Assembly (NCBI GenBank): GCA_943789165.1
Contig: CALSTB010000001.1
Location: 209,113-273,112, forward strand
Reading direction: 5' to 3'
Origin: an uncultured Bacteroidia bacterium
GTDB lineage: Bacteria > Bacteroidota > Bacteroidia > NS11-12g > UBA9320
Length of the DNA stretch: 64,000 nucleotides
Shown here one piece after another: positions 60,707 through 64,000 of this stretch (position 1 is its first letter; each line of letters starts with the position of its first letter). Both the position numbers and the translations under genes were made by a program. The notes under the pieces were generated by a model. The model did not search any database. It had not been told where the DNA came from and saw only the letters and a program-made list of their open reading frames with translations.

Positions 60707-62264
60707 CCAAAGCGGAATATGTGAGTTTATCTTCACTATTCCGCTTTTCCTTTTCTACGGATTTCCCCGTTATATCTAGGATACAGCGCACCGCTGGGTT
60801 CAAACCAAAAGTTCGATAACTGTTATTTTCAGGATCAAGCCAAATTCCGCTTGGGTAGACCGCTTTAAGCAACTTTGATCTTTCTGTTGATTTTGATAAC
60901 TGCCAGGTTTTCTGAAGTTTAGACATCAAATCAGTGGCCTGCTTGATTACCTGATCAGGGTTCGATAATGAAATTCCACATTTGTCGATTTCTTCTAATA
61001 TTGCCACCAATTCTTCTCTATATTTAGCAGCGTACTTATCAAATAAGTCTTTGGTAATTTCTCCTATTACAAATCGTTCTTCCAACATCTCTATCTTCCT
61101 CTCAACCTTTGTTTTGTTACTGCGATACTGTTTTAGCCCATCACCAGAGTCTACTTTTAAGCTTTCGAGCTTTCTTTTGAGCTGTTCTTGGATGGGTGTA
61201 ACGTATTTTGCATCTATCTGAAGATTGGAAAGCGTCTGTTCCCAGTTTCGGTTTAACACCTTAGCACTTCTATTGACTTTACAACCTTTCGTATTGCACT
61301 TGTAGTAATATAACTTCTTTGGTCGCACAAAGTAACCCGTCATTGGTTTGCTGCACTTTGAGCAATGCATGTGCCTCTTTAAGGGTAGATGATCCAACAT
61401 TTTTGATTTTGGCTTTTTGGCAGGTCTGATTTGAAGCATGCCATTCAGCTTCAAGAACTCATTACGTGTGATGAGTCCTTCATGATTGCCCTTTACAATC
61501 TCTCCATTTAATGCCTGATGGGCCATGAAACCGCAATAAAATACGTTTCTACATAACTCAGATAATCTTTTATGACTCACCTTTAGACCTCTTGTTGACA
61601 GCCACTTACTAATTTCAGTAAATTCGTAGTTGTACTTAATCTTTCTTCTAAATGCTGCTGCCAGCAATCTACCTTCTTTTGTGATGACTATTTTCTTTTG
61701 TCCACCTTCTGTGATCTTCTTGTACCCTAAGGGTGGTTTGGTAACCCAATGTCCTTGTAATAGCTTTTCACGGGTGCCCGCCATGGACTTTAAGCGCCTT
61801 TGCTGATTCTCATATTGTGAGAACATAAAGTAAATTCCCTGTTGCAATTCCCCAGCAGCTGTAGAGGCGTCTACAGGTTGGGTTACAGATATAATCTCAG
61901 TACCTATCTTTCTGAGTTGTTCTGAAATGTAAATAGCATTGGGACCACTTCTTGAAAAGCGATCCATCGAGTATACCACAATGGCATCTACCTTATGTCT
62001 TTTGACAAAGGCAATCATTTGTTTGAACTGAACCCGTTCATCACTCTTGGCGCTTTCATAAGTCCCACCAAATTCCCCTATTATCTGCAAATCATTGTTC
62101 ATTGCAAATTGCTTGATGTGCTTTGCTTGCGTAAAGAGACTCTGATTGTTATCGGCCTGTTCCTTGGTCGATACACGGGTATACATGACCGCTGTAATGG
62201 CCTTCCCTTTGTTGTTCTTTTGCCCTTTGGCAAAGACTGCCAATTGTTGATCTACATGCTGCAT
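60669..62264 (-). CDS. large serine recombinase (integrase type)
   Basis: N-terminal resolvase catalytic domain (AVMYTRVSTKEQ, YSMDRFSRS), recombinase domain, Zn-ribbon (CSKCSKPM...YYKCNTKGC) and coiled coil. The last 12-13 codons are tRNA-Glu sequence. Confidence 0.85.
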   Translation of the reverse strand: MQHVDQQLAVFAKGQKNNKGKAITAVMYTRVSTKEQADNNQSLFTQAKHIKQFAMNNDLQIIGEFGGTYESAKSDERVQFKQMIAFVKRHKVDAIVVYSMDRFSRSGPNAIYISEQLRKIGTEIISVTQPVDASTAAGELQQGIYFMFSQYENQQRRLKSMAGTREKLLQGHWVTKPPLGYKKITEGGQKKIVITKEGRLLAAAFRRKIKYNYEFTEISKWLSTRGLKVSHKRLSELCRNVFYCGFMAHQALNGEIVKGNHEGLITRNEFLKLNGMLQIRPAKKPKSKMLDHLPLKRHMHCSKCSKPMTGYFVRPKKLYYYKCNTKGCKVNRSAKVLNRNWEQTLSNLQIDAKYVTPIQEQLKRKLESLKVDSGDGLKQYRSNKTKVERKIEMLEERFVIGEITKDLFDKYAAKYREELVAILEEIDKCGISLSNPDQVIKQATDLMSKLQKTWQLSKSTERSKLLKAVYPSGIWLDPENNSYRTFGLNPAVRCILDITGKSVEKEKRNSEDKLTYSALVAPRGIEPLFPG

Positions 62265-62271
62265 TATTCTT

Positions 62272-62415
62272 TTATTTCAATGTTTCAATAAGCACCTCAC
62301 TCATCAACTCAATAAATCGAAGCGCTTGTTCTAATTCCTTCTCACTTAGTTTTTCAAATCCGCTATAGGTTTTTAATTCTTGTATTGTAAGTCCTTGTTT
62401 TGACTTTTCTGACAT
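62272..62415 (-). CDS. 47-aa ORF immediately upstream of the serine recombinase (possible small regulator or directionality factor)
   Basis: Hand translation: MSEKSKQGLTIQELKTYSGFEKLSEKELEQALRFIELMSEVLIETLK*. The stop lies 7 nt before the recombinase ATG. The ORF is below the track cutoff. Confidence 0.4.
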   Translation of the reverse strand: MSEKSKQGLTIQELKTYSGFEKLSEKELEQALRFIELMSEVLIETLK

Positions 62416-62546
62416 AACTCAATTGGAGTATGCCCATTAGCGGTGTTTCCGTTTCTAATGAACCCGTATTTAATTGGCTTGAGTTCTTCAATGCCTTGTC
62501 ATTACTGCATCTACACCTCTTTTTGTCCATTAATTTCCATTTAAAA

Positions 62547-62640
62547 ATCAATTAATCCGAGTTTATTATCAATTAATCTGAATTAATTATCAATTAATCC
62601 GAGTTTATTATCAATTAATCTGAATTAATTATCAATTAAT
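62547..62640. repeat. mirror copy of the 42-bp iteron array
   Basis: Reverse complement of 37953..38046. Confidence 0.9.
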
Positions 62641-63592
62641 TTCCATTTAATTTATGGACCCGTTTTCGGTCTTGGTATTCGAAAGATACCGTTTTACCGT
62701 CATTGGTTTTCATAGACAATTGAACGTGTTTTTTATGCCGAAAACGATCTAAAACTTTACTCATTTCATTTTCGGGTACAACCCCTTTATAGGTATACAC
62801 CAAATCTGCGTGTTGGTCTTTGGGGTCAAAAATTATTCTAAGTTCGGATAGCGTTCCCTGCCGCATGGCTTGTAAAACTTCCATTTCAACTTGGGTAACC
62901 AGGGCCATATTACCAACTTTATCTTCTAGTTTTTTTGTCGATACCAGCACCAGAATGTACTTTTTGAGTGGAAGCACCAAGATGGACTCCGCATCGTGCT
63001 CGGACAAGTAATTGACCAATGTCTCGTCTTGCGTTTCTGAAGTATAATCAACTCGACCATCTGGCCTAATCAGTAGCGTGTGATCCATTGCACGGAACAA
63101 TACGTTCAAGCTAAGTGATAGGAGCAATGGGATTTGAAAAGCCTCAAGGAAATCTTTTATTGAATTTGAATCCGACTCGAAACCACTTTCTAGGCCTTCA
63201 ATTATCTCTTGGTGATTGTCGAACATCTTTTTAAGCTGTGCTCGCAATACCTTGGTTATCTTTCCTTTTTTATCAAACAAATCCGCCGTAGCAAACCCTT
63301 CGAAGGACTCAAATAGCGAAGCGCGTACTTTGACAATCTGCTTTAAAGAAAAGTTAAACGCACGCAAGTCTTTAATTATCTGTACCCAGATAAATTGAAA
63401 CACGTTCAGTTTTACCCATGAGCCATCCTCTATTTCAGGGATTAACCCATTTGATCGCCAATGGGTAAACACCCGTGAACTAACGCCTATGTCATTAATG
63501 GTAAACTTTTCCTCACCCAACTGTTCCACGAGTCTACGGCTTGTGTAAGGACTAGGATCAGATAGATATAATTCAAGAGGTTTGAACTCCAT
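62636..63592 (-). CDS. MerR-like HTH domain protein (copy 2)
   Basis: Two aa differences from copy 1 (S/L and S/G). Confidence 0.55.
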   Translation of the reverse strand: MEFKPLELYLSDPSPYTSRRLVEQLGEEKFTINDIGVSSRVFTHWRSNGLIPEIEDGSWVKLNVFQFIWVQIIKDLRAFNFSLKQIVKVRASLFESFEGFATADLFDKKGKITKVLRAQLKKMFDNHQEIIEGLESGFESDSNSIKDFLEAFQIPLLLSLSLNVLFRAMDHTLLIRPDGRVDYTSETQDETLVNYLSEHDAESILVLPLKKYILVLVSTKKLEDKVGNMALVTQVEMEVLQAMRQGTLSELRIIFDPKDQHADLVYTYKGVVPENEMSKVLDRFRHKKHVQLSMKTNDGKTVSFEYQDRKRVHKLNGN

Positions 63593-63746
63593 AAAGCGAA
63601 TATACAAATAATATTACGCGTTAGTAATATATAAAACTAGTATTCGTAACTAGCTACTGGTCTTAAACCAACTTATATCCGTAAATACTTTCACCAACCC
63701 GATATCTTGTTTACTTCACTTTTTATATTTTCAAATCAATTGAACA

Positions 63747-63778
63747 ACAAAAAAGCCATCCGTAAAACGAATGGCCTT
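63747..63778 (-). terminator. mirror copy of the giant-gene terminator
   Basis: Reverse complement of 36816..36845. Confidence 0.7.
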
Positions 63779-63816
63779 CTCTTATTGTATTTGTGTAGTA
63801 ATACGATACTTTCTCA

Positions 63817-64000
63817 CTACTGTTTAATCACTTTAAAGGATTCACCAGAATCTAAAATGATAAAGTAGATACCCGTTGCTTGGCTCGACAAATCAAGCTC
63901 TATGGCTTGTCCGTCGAAGGTTTGCTTGTACAGCTCTCTTCCGAGGTTGTCAATTACTTTAATCGCATGACTTTCAGCCTCATCGTCTGTAAAGCTAACC
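63817..64000 (-). CDS. 3' end (T9SS CTD) of a second copy of the giant beta-helix protein gene; partial, continues beyond the window
   Basis: Reverse complement of 36593..36776. Confidence 0.8.
   Translation of the reverse strand, partial: VSFTDDEAESHAIKVIDNLGRELYKQTFDGQAIELDLSSQATGIYFIILDSGESFKVIKQ

Larger units (their letters stand above)
52612..60707. repeat. Arm A' of the 8.1-kb inverted duplication (partner 19065..27169)
   Basis: Reverse complement of arm A with scattered SNPs, a 9-bp indel and one hypervariable patch. Confidence 0.95.
62332..64000. repeat. Arm B' of the second inverted duplication (partner 36593..38261)
   Basis: See arm B. It runs off the window end. Confidence 0.9.

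Noticed and set aside
19065-60707. The inverted duplication as a trivial assembly duplication of the same reads
   Set aside because: The arms differ by many SNPs, a 9-bp indel and a mosaic patch, and they have different outer and inner junction sequences. Misassembly of the arrangement still cannot be excluded without long reads, as stated in the findings.

Overview
The window looks like a Bacteroidota chromosome, probably Flavobacteriia- or Cytophagia-like. Evidence: several T9SS C-terminal sorting domains, a TAnnTTTG -7 promoter box, a ccoP-ccoG-fixH cluster, and Bacteroidetes-type integrase and IS3 elements. It is heavily rearranged.

Layout:
- 1-9.7 kb: core genes (YdeI-like, BI-1/YccA, propeller histidine kinase, pbpC) with one IS3-family element inserted among simple repeats.
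- 9.8-19.1 kb: a decayed mobile or defence island. It starts at a radical-SAM gene truncated by an IS end. It contains IS terminal scars, remnants of a type I R-M locus (hsdR tail, DUF45/YgjP-like fragment), a small serine recombinase and 184-bp direct repeats. It also holds a visibly AT-rich five-gene operon, which I rate as the best candidate for an undescribed system: PH-like unknown / TM-anchored YidD-domain protein / SPFH-SHOCT protein / polytopic coiled-coil membrane protein / Zn-ribbon-TPR protein.
- 19065-27169: arm A of an 8.1-kb inverted duplication (tRNA-Glu, gap, T9SS protein, NRAMP, yqgE, TauE-like, fixH, ccoG, ccoP tail). Its partner, arm A', lies at 52612-60707.
- Two related IS3-family copies with A7/A8 frameshift sites sit at the inner edges of the arms.
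- Between the arms: T9SS surface proteins, including a frameshifted ~2100-aa beta-helix protein with 10 x 150-bp repeats; a truncated tyrosine integrase; and core genes (ftsH, kbl, menA, menC, LamG-T9SS protein, EamA, yicC, gmk, nadD).
- Right of arm A': a large serine recombinase whose 3' end overlaps tRNA-Glu. It is followed by a second inverted repeat (62332-64000 = 36593-38261) carrying a MerR-like gene, 42-bp iterons and a small ORF.

The two duplicated blocks are circularly permuted relative to each other, and IS ends lie at every novel junction. No CRISPR array, rRNA gene or prophage structural genes were seen.
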